Assembly: GCA_963675785.1 (NCBI GenBank)
Contig: OY776562.1
Coordinates: 224,001 to 288,000 of the forward strand
From: Anaerolineae bacterium
GTDB lineage: Bacteria; Chloroflexota; Anaerolineae; UBA1429
DNA: 64,000 nucleotides
Reading direction: 5' to 3'
Part shown: positions 50,957 to 60,854 of the stretch, one piece after another
Layout of the letters: each line of letters opens with the position of its first letter
Position numbering within the stretch: position 1 is the stretch's first letter
Notes under the pieces: model-generated
What the model saw: only the letters and a program-made list of their open reading frames with translations
Databases searched by the model: none
Told to the model about the DNA's origin: nothing
Made by a program: the position numbers and the translations under genes

Positions 50957-51775
50957 CTAGAGCTCAAGCACGGTGCCCGAAGGGCAATCATGCACGCGTT
51001 CACCCAAGCGTTCTCGTAAAAAGGTGATGGCTACATCGCCCGTGCAGTGATTCAGATAGATATCGGGGCCATCTTCGGCGACGAGTGTCTCGACGATAGC
51101 CTCTAATTCTTCTGATGAGGCAACGAGCAAATGAGTTCCACCGATGATGGCCGTCAGTGGCTCGCTGTACTGCCTTCTGACTGTAGCCAGGGTATTGCGC
51201 AAGCCAGCATGGCAGCATCCGCATAACAAGGCGATGGAACCATCGAGTTTGAGCACTAACGACATATCGTCGGCATAATCGTCCTGGACGATTTGACCAT
51301 CGATTTCTGCATAATGGCGTGTACTGGATCCCATGGGGTAGGGGCGGGGGGCAATGATGCCGGTGGTGCATACGCCCTCGATGATCTCCACGGGTTCATC
51401 GGACAGGCGCAGGTCCGCCAGATCGTGCAGCTCGGTCACATCTTCACGAAAGCCAATGGGCGTCATGTGTCCTTCTCGTAGCGAGAAACGACTCCGCAAT
51501 AGGGCGGATAGGCCGTATACTGGCATGCCCAGATGATGCCGTAGATACTCGAAAAGGCCGCCCGTATGGTCGCCATGGGCATGGCTAAGGCCGATGGCTT
51601 GAAAGGGCGTATCGGTAAATCCCAGTTCGGTCAGGTTATGTGATAACGCGGCATACGAGTCGCCCGTATCCCAGAGGATGGCGCCAGCGGGCGTTTCGAT
51701 GGCAAAGCAAAGACCGTGTTCAACAACGAGTTCGGGTTTACCGCCGTGGTTATCAATGATACAGGTTAGTTTCAT
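50957..51775 (-). CDS. MBL-fold metallo-hydrolase
   Basis: EHG, DTG, SHAHGDHTGG, GCCHAG, GGTHL, HCTG; start re-assigned to MKLTC using RBS AAGGAG. Confidence 0.88.
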   Translation of the reverse strand: MKLTCIIDNHGGKPELVVEHGLCFAIETPAGAILWDTGDSYAALSHNLTELGFTDTPFQAIGLSHAHGDHTGGLFEYLRHHLGMPVYGLSALLRSRFSLREGHMTPIGFREDVTELHDLADLRLSDEPVEIIEGVCTTGIIAPRPYPMGSSTRHYAEIDGQIVQDDYADDMSLVLKLDGSIALLCGCCHAGLRNTLATVRRQYSEPLTAIIGGTHLLVASSEELEAIVETLVAEDGPDIYLNHCTGDVAITFLRERLGERVHDCPSGTVLEL

Positions 51776-51852
51776 CGTTACTCCTTGCGCAAGATATCTC
51801 ATGCTAAGCCGGTGAGCATTGTTCGTCAAGGCGTCATTGGGAGAGTTCATAG

Positions 51853-51880
51853 ACAGAGGCGGGGTTGCCCCCGCCTCTGT
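51853..51880 (-). terminator. Hairpin after the peroxiredoxin gene
   Basis: ACAGAGGCGGGG-ttgc-CCCCGCCTCTGT (plus strand). Confidence 0.6.
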
Positions 51881-51904
51881 GCACTGTTTTGTCGAAAGGA
51901 GTCT

Positions 51905-52603
51905 CTATTCTTCTCCCGGCTTCCACTGTTCCCAAACGCGCCCAACGAGGTTGGGGCCTGGTTTGAGTGTCTTTTTGCCGGGTTGCCAGCCAGCGGGTGT
52001 AACCTCGCCGGTAGCTGCAACATACTGGAAGGCCTTGATCTGTCGGATCAGCTCGTTCACATTTCGGCCAACTTCGGGAGTCATGATTTCGGCGGCGCGG
52101 ATAATGCCTTCGGGATCGATCAGGAAACGACCGCGAATATCCACAGCCGAATCTTCATCGTATACGCCGTAAAGGGTGCCGATGCGGCCATTGCCGTCAT
52201 TCAGCATGGGCCAGGGGAAACCGCCGTCTACCATCTTGGTAAGTTCTGTCTCTTGCCAGATTTTGTGTACAAAGTGGCTATTGGTGCTGGCTGCGAGAAC
52301 CTGAACTCCGAGTTCGTCGAAATCAACTTTGCGGGCAGCGACCGCTGCCAATTCTGTGGGTCAAACGAAGGTAAAGTCACCGGGGTAAAAGCAGAGGACA
52401 GTCCACTTGCCTGCATAATCTGACAGGCTGACCTTTTTGAATCCGCCTTCATAGAATGCCATTGCTGTGAAATCTGGAGCGGGTTTTCCAACTCTTGCGG
52501 TGCTCATTGCGACCTCCTCAGGTTGCTGTGGTGCCGCTTCTTTGCCTTGAGTATCTGGTGGCTGCGGCACGGGCTCGACACAGGAAATCTTTTCTTCTGC
52601 CAA
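51905..52603 (-). CDS. prxU: Selenocysteine-containing peroxiredoxin (AhpC/PrxU type), 232 aa with Sec81
   Basis: The two track ORFs are in frame across TGA at 52361-52363, giving [13 protein letters not shown]; SECIS downstream; GRNVNE motif; selC in the window. Confidence 0.92.
52334..52349 (-). promoter_or_regulatory. Bacterial SECIS hairpin
   Basis: GGCAGC-GGUC-GCUGCC starting 11 nt after the UGA. Confidence 0.8.
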
Positions 52604-52639
52604 GTCAGTCTCCTTTCATGTTTTTCTCAGTGCAACCTT

Positions 52640-52668
52640 ATCATGTTCGTTCTGTCACTAGACGTCAA
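52640..52668 (-). promoter_or_regulatory. Putative prxU promoter
   Basis: TTGACG-N17-CATGAT. Confidence 0.5.
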
Positions 52669-52680
52669 GAGGGAAAAATA

Positions 52681-52714
52681 AAAAAAGGGGCGACCAATAG
52701 GCCGCCCCTTTTTT
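52681..52714 (-). terminator. Terminator of the sugar operon
   Basis: AAAAAAGGGGCG...CGCCCCTTTTTT with a long U-tract on the minus strand. Confidence 0.8.
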
Positions 52715-52723
52715 ATGTGTAGA

Positions 52724-53887
52724 TTAGGCAGTTTTGGGACGCGGCGTGAACCAGATGACGCTGATAACAGCGGCAACCCCAATAAGGCCTGTGATGATAA
52801 AGGTAGTCGAAAGGCCCAAATTGTTGGCAAAAAGACCGCTTACAGCTGGCCCAGCTACCATGCCAATGGCATAGATGGATTGGAAAAAGCCCATGGCTGC
52901 ACCGCGCTTTTCATCCGGAACAGCCCCTACTGCACCTGCCATCATCACTGGTGATGCAATACCTACGCCAACGCCGTGCAAGGCACGTAGGGCCACCATG
53001 ATACCAAAGGTGCCTGCCAGCGGTGTCAGCAGAGTGGCTGCGGTCGAGCAGCCTAAGCCTAGAGCCACAGTCCAACGAACCCCAAGGCGATCGGCAATGG
53101 CGCCACCAAAAAAGGAAGTGAAGGCATAAGTACCTTGCCAAGTGGACATGAGGATGCCCAGCATGGATTCTGTGGTGGCAATGCCCGTTTCATTGGCAAA
53201 AACCGGCACAAAAGCATGGGTCATTGACCATGAAAGATACTGATTGAGGAGGGCAAAGATGGACATGGCCAGCACCATGGGTACGGCGCCGACACTGAAC
53301 AAGGCCTTGAAGGATACAGGATCTTTATCAGCAACAGCCGGCTCTTTGACGCGAACCAAAATGATCAGCGCAGTGGCAAGCCCGAGGCCAATGCCGACGA
53401 TAAAGGGAACGCGAATCCCCACGGCATCTGCTAAATAGCCGCCCAGCATTGATGAGAGCGTCATACCAATTGCAGATAACGCCGTTGCCAAGCTTGTTGC
53501 CTTGGTGATCTCGTTCGAGGGATAAGTAGATACCAGCATGACGCTCAGCGGCACCCAACAAGCGGCAGCCATACCAGCAAGGCCACGGCCCAGCATCATC
53601 ACGGGGCCAGTGGGGGCAATGAGAAAAGCCGCACAACTCAGCGCACCGAAAAGTGCTCCGGCGATGACAAAGGGTTTGCGACGCCTCATACGATCCGAGG
53701 CGATCCCCACGGGAATCCTCAAGATGAGCTGCGTGAGGCCATAAGCCGCCACGATGATGCCAACGATGGACAGCGAACTAACATGCTCTTCGGCGTACAC
53801 CGAGAGATAACCGTTATAGATGTAGATCGAACTCCAAAAAAGTGGGATACAAACCAAGAGCAGACGTCTTGTTGCCAGTTTATTCAC
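52724..53887 (-). CDS. MFS transporter
   Basis: 12 TM segments, GIASDRMRRRK and IADRLG motifs; exact start uncertain (53887 or 53896). Confidence 0.88.
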   Translation of the reverse strand: MNKLATRRLLLVCIPLFWSSIYIYNGYLSVYAEEHVSSLSIVGIIVAAYGLTQLILRIPVGIASDRMRRRKPFVIAGALFGALSCAAFLIAPTGPVMMLGRGLAGMAAACWVPLSVMLVSTYPSNEITKATSLATALSAIGMTLSSMLGGYLADAVGIRVPFIVGIGLGLATALIILVRVKEPAVADKDPVSFKALFSVGAVPMVLAMSIFALLNQYLSWSMTHAFVPVFANETGIATTESMLGILMSTWQGTYAFTSFFGGAIADRLGVRWTVALGLGCSTAATLLTPLAGTFGIMVALRALHGVGVGIASPVMMAGAVGAVPDEKRGAAMGFFQSIYAIGMVAGPAVSGLFANNLGLSTTFIITGLIGVAAVISVIWFTPRPKTA

Positions 53888-54920
53888 CGAGCACAACCTC
53901 TCTGTTCTCGCGCGCCGAGAGATAGAGTGCGTCGATGAGTTTCATCATGGTAAGGCCATGTTGAGCCGACGCTGGGGGGGGCGTATCGTCTATCAGGCAA
54001 CGCACAAAATCACCAACTGCTGTGGGGCACTTGTCCGGGTAGAGCCGAGGTTCGACCCGAGTCAGCGTGCCACCCAGGTCTTGCAGACCAAAAGCCTCGA
54101 ATTCATATCCTTCACCGGTGTTGCGCTGGATCGCCGCTCCTTTGGTGCCATAGAGCGCCGTCAGCATGTCTTCGCGCTGATCGGTGCCGCCGGCCCAACT
54201 CGCCTCAAGCGAGAGGGTGACGCCGTTATCCAGACGGATGAGTGCGGTAGCTAAATCTTCGACGTCGTATTTGACACCCATCTCACTGGCTAGGCGTTGC
54301 CCCAGTCCTCCAAAGGTCGAAGCGCTAACCGTAATCGTTTTCGGATAGCCCATCATCCACATGGCCAGGTCCAAACGGTGAACGCCCAGGTCGATCAGCG
54401 GCCCGCCACCGGAGAATTCTTTGATACCAAACCAACCACCCGGCTTGGGAATGCCGCGAGCGCGCAGCCAGCGCGTCTTGACATAGTAAATATCGCCTAG
54501 GTGTCCTTCATCGACATAATGCTTTAGCCACTGAGCCTGAGGCGTATAGCGCCAATTAAAATGGATCATCAACTTTTTGCCAGCTCTCTCAGCGGCGTCG
54601 GCCATGGCCTGAGCTTTTTCAGCGTTGAGGGCCATGGGCTTTTCGCAGAGCACATTCACGCCCGCTTCTAGTGCGGCAATAGTTACTTTGTCGTGCAAAA
54701 AGTTGGGCAGGGCGATGCTGACGGCATCGAGGTTCTCTTGTGCCAGCATGTCCTCATAGCTCGAATAGACGGCCGCCTCGGGGTAAAGAGCGGCATACTC
54801 TTGCAGGCGTGCCGAATCTACATCGCAGATGGCGGCAAGCTCGGCGTCGGGTAGTTCATGATAACTCTTGGCGTGGTTTTTGCCCATGCCGAGGCCAATA
54901 ACGGCGGCTCGAATTGACAT
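53880..54920 (-). CDS. Gfo/Idh/MocA oxidoreductase
   Basis: VIGLGMG, CEKPMA, GGGPLIDLGVH. Confidence 0.92.
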   Translation of the reverse strand: MSIRAAVIGLGMGKNHAKSYHELPDAELAAICDVDSARLQEYAALYPEAAVYSSYEDMLAQENLDAVSIALPNFLHDKVTIAALEAGVNVLCEKPMALNAEKAQAMADAAERAGKKLMIHFNWRYTPQAQWLKHYVDEGHLGDIYYVKTRWLRARGIPKPGGWFGIKEFSGGGPLIDLGVHRLDLAMWMMGYPKTITVSASTFGGLGQRLASEMGVKYDVEDLATALIRLDNGVTLSLEASWAGGTDQREDMLTALYGTKGAAIQRNTGEGYEFEAFGLQDLGGTLTRVEPRLYPDKCPTAVGDFVRCLIDDTPPPASAQHGLTMMKLIDALYLSARENREVVLGE

Positions 54921-54934
54921 CACTATCTCCGATT

Positions 54935-55981
54935 CTACGAATCCAGGCGAACTTCATGTCCTGTCTCTGATGACTTGTAAACGGCGTCCAGAATAGCCTG
55001 GACGTCCAGTACCTGCCAAGGCTTGACCAGACATTCGGCCTCGCCGCGAAGGCATGCGCAGAAATGGGCAATCTCTTGCGTGTGGCCTCGCACCTCGGGC
55101 AACTCTTGGGGCGTGATATCAACGAGTGCGTCGTGCGCCTCGGAATAGATTTGCAGTGGGCTCATTTTAGCGCCGCCCCCTGTTCCCAAAATGCGGGTTT
55201 CGCCAAAGGAGGCCTCGATGTTGGAGGCCCAGGTGGCCCTAAGGATTAGTGTTGCATCGTTATCAAAACGAATCATAGCCAGGCCGGTATCATCGACGTC
55301 AAAAGTGCTGGCATCCCAATGTGCCCACTTGCCGCTGGAAACCTCGGGGCGATTGCCAAAGGCAGCATACGTGGCGCCCATCACCGAAACAGGGCGTGGA
55401 TTGCCCATCAACCACAGGGTGAGGTCCAAAGCGTGCACACCAATGTCAATCATGGCGCCGCCACCTTGAAGGTTCTTGTGGGTGAATACGCCCCAACCGG
55501 GGATGCCACGTCGGCGCAGGTAGGTGCCTTCGCCGTAATAGATCTCGCCAAGGTCGCCAGCTTCGATAAAGCGCTTGAGCAGTTGCGCTTCAGCACCAAA
55601 GCGCTGCTGCAAACCGATTTGCAGCAGTTTGCCGGATTTTTCGGCGGCGGCTACCATGGCTTGCCCCTCAGCCAGGTTCATGGCGATGGGCTTTTCGCAA
55701 AGGACATTACACCCTGCCTCTAGGGCATCGATGGTGGACTGTTTGTGAGCAAAGTTGGGCGTACATACCGAAACGGCATCCAACTTTTCGGCATTGAGCA
55801 TCTCCGTGTGGCTCTCGTAAGCGTGGGGGATGCCTAGCTTGTCGGCAACGGCTTGTGCCTTACCCGGCACCACATCACAAATCGCAACGATCTCTACACC
55901 CTCTTGCGCCAAATAGCCCGGGATGTGGGCATCTGTGGCGATACCACCGGCACCAATAACGCCAATTCGCAGCGTTTTCAC
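54935..55981 (-). CDS. Gfo/Idh/MocA oxidoreductase
   Basis: IGAGGI, CEKPIA, GGGAMIDIGVH; GTG start with RBS GGAGG. Confidence 0.92.
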   Translation of the reverse strand: MKTLRIGVIGAGGIATDAHIPGYLAQEGVEIVAICDVVPGKAQAVADKLGIPHAYESHTEMLNAEKLDAVSVCTPNFAHKQSTIDALEAGCNVLCEKPIAMNLAEGQAMVAAAEKSGKLLQIGLQQRFGAEAQLLKRFIEAGDLGEIYYGEGTYLRRRGIPGWGVFTHKNLQGGGAMIDIGVHALDLTLWLMGNPRPVSVMGATYAAFGNRPEVSSGKWAHWDASTFDVDDTGLAMIRFDNDATLILRATWASNIEASFGETRILGTGGGAKMSPLQIYSEAHDALVDITPQELPEVRGHTQEIAHFCACLRGEAECLVKPWQVLDVQAILDAVYKSSETGHEVRLDS

Positions 55982-56002
55982 GGTCTTCCTCCAGAGCAAT
56001 CT

Positions 56003-57529
56003 CTATTCGATGTTCGAAACAGCGTCAAAAGATGGTTTGAGTGCATTGTAGAGCGAATGATATACCTGATAGTAATCCTCATAGACCGACACATTGTCTT
56101 TGATCGGGTCCATCGGGTTTTGCACCTGGATGGTTGCACTGCAAGCCTGTTGTACACTTTCGAAAACGCCGGTACCTACGCCAGCCAAAAGCGCGGCGCC
56201 GTAGGCTGTGCTTTCAGTGACATTGACCGTGACAAGTTCTGTGCCAAACACGTCGGCCAGAATCTGCCGCCAGACCTGGCTACGCGCCCCACCACCTGAA
56301 GCGCGAATCTGGGTGATGGGCACGTTCATGTTCTTTAGCAGTTCCAGCGAGTCGCGCAGGCTGTAAGCTACGCCTTCCATCACCGCCCGCATGAAATAGC
56401 GCTTGTCATGGCGTAGGGTTAGCCCAAAGAAGGTCCCCCTTGCGTTGGGATCGGGGTAGGGCGTGCGTTCGCCGGTGAGGTAGGGCAAAAAGATCAGCCC
56501 TTCGCTACCCGCGGGTACCTGTGAGGCTTCGGCAGTCATGATTTCATAGGGATCGACGCCGGAAAGATGGCCGATGGTCTTTTCTTCCAGCGCCAACGTA
56601 TCTCTCAGCCACCTAAAAGAGCCGCCAGCAGAGAGGGTGACGCCCATGACGTGCCACTTTTGGGGGACGGCATGGCAAAAGGTGTGCAACCTGCCGCCTG
56701 GCTCTAGGTTAGGTTTGTCAGTATAGGCAAACACTACGCCCGATGTTCCCATGGTCACTGAAACCAGGCCCGGCTCGACGATGCCGTTGCCCACGGCGCT
56801 GGCGGCCTGGTCTCCGCCGCCACCCACCACAGGGGTTCCCTGCTTGAGGCCAGTGAGTTCGGCAGTTTGCAGCGTAATTTCGCCAGTGACCTCGAACGAT
56901 TCGACGCAGCGCGGCATCCACTCGCGGGGGATGTCCAAGGCGTGGAGCACCTCGTCACTCCATTGCCGCTTGCTCACATCCAACAGCACTGTGCCCGAGG
57001 CATCTGAGACTTCGGTGACGTATTCTCCAGTTAGCCGGTAGCGAATATAGTCTTTGGGCAGCAAGGTTTTGGCCGTCTGAGCATAAACCTCGGGCTCATG
57101 GTTTTTCACCCAGATGATCTTGGGAGCGGTAAAACCGGGCATGGCGGGGTTGAGCGTCAGGCTCAAAAAGCGCTCGCGGCCTACCGTATCCATAATCCAT
57201 TCACACTCGGCGGCAGTCCGCTGGTCGTTCCACATGATGCATGGACGTAACACGTGTCCCTCGGCATCTAGCATCACCAGGCCGTGCATTTGGCCGGTCA
57301 TGCCAATGCCGCGAATCTCGCTGGCATCGACACCAGTCTTTTCCAACGTGGTGCGAATGGAACGGATTGTCGCTTGCCACCAATCTTCAGGGTCTTGCTC
57401 TGCCCAAAGCGGGTGTGGTGTGTACAAGGGGTATTCGGAAAGCGTTCTACCAATAACCTGGCCATCTTTGTCAATCAATAATGCCGTAGCGCCCGTGGTG
57501 CTAATGTCAATACCAAGTAGATAAGTCAT
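56003..57529 (-). CDS. xylB: Xylulokinase (FGGY family)
   Basis: LGIDISTT, GQMHG, WNDQR, GGGDQAA, GTSGV, PYLTGERTP. Confidence 0.92.
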   Translation of the reverse strand: MTYLLGIDISTTGATALLIDKDGQVIGRTLSEYPLYTPHPLWAEQDPEDWWQATIRSIRTTLEKTGVDASEIRGIGMTGQMHGLVMLDAEGHVLRPCIMWNDQRTAAECEWIMDTVGRERFLSLTLNPAMPGFTAPKIIWVKNHEPEVYAQTAKTLLPKDYIRYRLTGEYVTEVSDASGTVLLDVSKRQWSDEVLHALDIPREWMPRCVESFEVTGEITLQTAELTGLKQGTPVVGGGGDQAASAVGNGIVEPGLVSVTMGTSGVVFAYTDKPNLEPGGRLHTFCHAVPQKWHVMGVTLSAGGSFRWLRDTLALEEKTIGHLSGVDPYEIMTAEASQVPAGSEGLIFLPYLTGERTPYPDPNARGTFFGLTLRHDKRYFMRAVMEGVAYSLRDSLELLKNMNVPITQIRASGGGARSQVWRQILADVFGTELVTVNVTESTAYGAALLAGVGTGVFESVQQACSATIQVQNPMDPIKDNVSVYEDYYQVYHSLYNALKPSFDAVSNIE

Positions 57530-57636
57530 GCATCCCTCCACTTTTGCTCCGCTGATGATACAGCCCCTGCGAATATCGAGCAAGTAAAAAGGGCGAGACA
57601 TTCAGGATGCGAATGTCCCGCCCTAGCTGGTGGTGT

Positions 57637-58368
57637 TTAGCGTTCGTTGCGGATGGTGCCATCTTCCATGTGGTAAGTGTAGCCAGCAAACTCTTGGACT
57701 ACCGGGTCATGAGAGGTCATCACGATGGTGATCCCCAGCGTCTCGCAGATGGTGGCAAAGGTCTTCATCACGGTGCGGCCGGTGGTGCTGTCCAATTCGC
57801 CAGTGGGTTCGTCGGCTAGAATAAGGCCAGGGTGAGCGGAGATGGCTCGGGCAATGGCTACCCGCTGCTGCTGGCCGCCAGAGAGTTCCTGGGGGCGGTG
57901 TTTGGCGCGGTCACTGAGGTCTACGAGTTCGAGACATTCAGCCACACGCTGGTGCCGCTCTTTACGTGGCATGTCAATCATGCGCAGGGGCAAGTCGACA
58001 TTCTCCTCGGCCGAAAGGGTGGGCATGAGCGCAAACTGTTGAAAGACGAAACCAATTTGCGTACGCCGAAGCTGGGTTAGCTCTTCATCTGACAGATCGC
58101 CCAGGTTCTGGCCAAATAGAACCATCTTTCCGCTAGTGGCGCGGTCCAGCCCTCCCATGATGTTGAGCAGAGTGGTTTTTCCCGAACCTGATCGGCCCAT
58201 GAGGGCTATGTATTCGCCTCTTTTCACGTAAAAGTTGGCGCCGCGCAGAGCATATACTTCACGATCATCTACCTGAAAGGTGCGATGGACATCAACGCTT
58301 TGGAGGACGACGTCTTGTATAGGAGTGCGTATTTCGGTGTTGTCGGTCATGTTAGTCTGCGTCGCCAC
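57637..58368 (-). CDS. ABC transporter ATPase (MacB/LolD type)
   Basis: GRSGSGKT, LSGGQQQR, ADEPTGELD. Confidence 0.92.
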   Translation of the reverse strand: MATQTNMTDNTEIRTPIQDVVLQSVDVHRTFQVDDREVYALRGANFYVKRGEYIALMGRSGSGKTTLLNIMGGLDRATSGKMVLFGQNLGDLSDEELTQLRRTQIGFVFQQFALMPTLSAEENVDLPLRMIDMPRKERHQRVAECLELVDLSDRAKHRPQELSGGQQQRVAIARAISAHPGLILADEPTGELDSTTGRTVMKTFATICETLGITIVMTSHDPVVQEFAGYTYHMEDGTIRNER

Positions 58369-59416
58369 GATGTGTAATCCTCTCCCACAAGCGGCTTCCC
58401 TGAGAAACTATTCGGGAGCCCAACTTGTGGTTGTCTGCTTCCGTCTGCCAGCCAGCTAGAGCCTGAGCCGAACGTGCTCGGCGTGAGGGGAGTGCTTCTA
58501 GCCCCGAGGCGGCTTTGACGAGAATACCGTCTTCGGTCATCTCGATTTCTGCGAGATCACTGATACCCAACTGCTCGACATAATCCTTGGGCAATTGCAG
58601 TCGGCCAGCACCATCCACCACGGCATATTCATGATAGGTGATATGATGATTGGCCTGCTCAGTATCTAGGTCGAGGTTCATTGGTACTTCAGCTTCATTG
58701 CCGTTGGCATGCACACGACGGTATCGCTCGCTGCTGGTTCTGCCATCACGAATTGATACTACACGGTCAACCTGATCAGCAACCTGAATATCATGGGTGA
58801 CGGTGACGATGGTGATGTTATGGCTGCGGTTCATTTGGCGCAGCGTATTGAGAATGTTTTGGGACGTCGTCGTGTCGAGTTCACCTGTAGGCTCATCGGC
58901 AAGCAATAGAACCGGCTTGTTCGAGAGTGCCACAGCGATGGCAGTGCGTTGTTGCTCGCCGCCCGATAACTGATGCACACAATGGTCTTTGCGTTCCCAA
59001 AGTCCTACTTCGCGAAGGAGCTCTTCAGACCAAGCATGTCGCTCATCGGGCAGTTCGCCCGTCAAAATCATGGGCAATTCGACGTTATCTTGCAGCGTCA
59101 TGTAGGGGATGAGGTTTCTAGAGGGCTGCTGCCACAAAAAGCCCACCCGTTCCCTGCGATAGCGCGTGATCGCCGCGTTGCTCAATTTCAGCAGATCCTG
59201 ACCATCCACAATGGCCCTGCCGGCCGTTGGTCTATCCAGGCCGCCGAGGATGTTCAGTAAGGAAGACTTGCCGCTGCCGCTGGGCCCCACAATAGCCATA
59301 AACTCGCCGCGGTCGACGAGTAAATCGAGGCTTTGCAGCGCGACAACTTCCAGATCTTTGATTTTGTATATTTTGACGAGACCCTCACAGAGGATCATGG
59401 TCTCGCTTCCAGTCAT
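58352..59416 (-). CDS. ABC transporter ATPase with C-terminal AbrB-like domain
   Basis: GPSGSGKS, LSGGEQQR, C-terminal VVDGAGRLQLPK; start re-assigned to MTGSE. Confidence 0.88.
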   Translation of the reverse strand: MTGSETMILCEGLVKIYKIKDLEVVALQSLDLLVDRGEFMAIVGPSGSGKSSLLNILGGLDRPTAGRAIVDGQDLLKLSNAAITRYRRERVGFLWQQPSRNLIPYMTLQDNVELPMILTGELPDERHAWSEELLREVGLWERKDHCVHQLSGGEQQRTAIAVALSNKPVLLLADEPTGELDTTTSQNILNTLRQMNRSHNITIVTVTHDIQVADQVDRVVSIRDGRTSSERYRRVHANGNEAEVPMNLDLDTEQANHHITYHEYAVVDGAGRLQLPKDYVEQLGISDLAEIEMTEDGILVKAASGLEALPSRRARSAQALAGWQTEADNHKLGSRIVSQGSRLWERITHRGDAD

Positions 59417-59465
59417 ATCAGCCTTTCTCTCGCACATCAGAGGCGCTCTTGTACAACGTGCAGGC

Positions 59466-60854
59466 TTACTGCCCGAGAACAACCTGACCTTCTTCAAGGC
59501 CCGAAAGAATCTCTACGCGATCATCACTGATGATGCCTACTTCGATATCAACGCGGCTCTCTACACCGTCAATTTCGACGAGTACAAAGTAGCGGCCGTT
59601 GTATTCGCGCAATGCTGCAGGAGGGAGCCAGAGAGCGTCTTCGTGTTCTTCGATGACAGCTGTGATAATGCAGCCCGCCCCCGACTTGAAGTCATCCTGA
59701 GTCATATCCATCGAGATATGGATCAGAGGATCATCTTCGTCCAGGTCAGAAGCCCCACTGGTCCCGTAAGGGTAGGGCATCAATTCTATGATGCCTTCAT
59801 ATGTCTGGCTCGACATGGATGAAAACACGATGCTGACGTCCATACCTTCCCACAATTCCGAGATATCTGTGGAGCCAGGATCGCTCGTGATCTCGAGCTC
59901 GGAATCATCGGCAACGATAACCTGTGTCTTGTAGGCAGTTATCGTTGCGCCTTCACTGGGGGCTACAGCGCTAACCGTGCCGTCGATCGTAGAATAGATT
60001 CGGGTTTGGTCCAGTCTTATCTGCACCTGCTCAAGGGAGATTCGCGCCTTTTCGACGGCGTTAACCAGCTGGGGGTCGATTTCATCTTCGAGTTGCTGGA
60101 GTGCAAGCTCAGAGAGCCTAAGTTGTTGCTCCATGATCTGCACGTCGATTTCATGCTGGCTGACGGCAGCCACCGCTTTGTTATAGTTAGCCTGGGCAGC
60201 CTCATAATTTAGCGTCGCTTGCTGTAGATTCAACGCTTCTGAGCTGGCTTCATAACCAGGTTGCGAAGTACGTCGGTCATAAGCTGCTTGAGCTTGCTGG
60301 AGTGTTATTGCCGCTTTTTCCAAGTTGATTTCTTGAATTGTCAGATCTTCGTCAACCGTCGATTGCTGCAACTCTTGTAGCTGTAACTGTTTGATAGTGA
60401 GGTTAATCTGGGCTTGCTGGATGGAATACTCTAGTGAATCAGATGAACTATTGAGGTTGTTCTCGGCGTTATCCAGATCGATTTGCGCCTGTGCCAGGCT
60501 GCTCAAGATATCGTCGTTCTCAAGTTCTATCAAGAGTGTGCCAGCTTCGACCACATCACCGCGCTGGACGTAAACGGCTTTGACCCGGCCAGCAACAGGG
60601 AAAGAGAGATCCTCTTCCAGAACAGGAGAAACGTTGCCGCTGAGTTCGACACTTTTGACAACAGTGCCTCTCGAAACGACATAAGTAGGAGTTTCAGGAC
60701 TTTCTGGAGGGGGGATAGGCGTCGGTGTGGCTGAGGAATTAGAAGACCCACTCTCGCTTGTTTGCTCTTCTGTCGTGTTGGCGCAGCCAACCATGGTGAA
60801 TAAGAGTGTTGCGAGCAGCAGAATACTCAAAAAAGTGTACAAACGACTGCGCAT
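59466..60854 (-). CDS. HlyD/membrane-fusion adaptor lipoprotein
   Basis: Lipobox MVGC, lipoyl-like halves, long coiled coil, C-terminal VEILSGLEEG. Confidence 0.88.
   Translation of the reverse strand: MRSRLYTFLSILLLATLLFTMVGCANTTEEQTSESGSSNSSATPTPIPPPESPETPTYVVSRGTVVKSVELSGNVSPVLEEDLSFPVAGRVKAVYVQRGDVVEAGTLLIELENDDILSSLAQAQIDLDNAENNLNSSSDSLEYSIQQAQINLTIKQLQLQELQQSTVDEDLTIQEINLEKAAITLQQAQAAYDRRTSQPGYEASSEALNLQQATLNYEAAQANYNKAVAAVSQHEIDVQIMEQQLRLSELALQQLEDEIDPQLVNAVEKARISLEQVQIRLDQTRIYSTIDGTVSAVAPSEGATITAYKTQVIVADDSELEITSDPGSTDISELWEGMDVSIVFSSMSSQTYEGIIELMPYPYGTSGASDLDEDDPLIHISMDMTQDDFKSGAGCIITAVIEEHEDALWLPPAALREYNGRYFVLVEIDGVESRVDIEVGIISDDRVEILSGLEEGQVVLGQ

Noticed and set aside
51905-52603. 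Peroxiredoxin pseudogene or two separate genes
   Set aside because: The stop is UGA at the catalytic position, with a SECIS downstream and selC present
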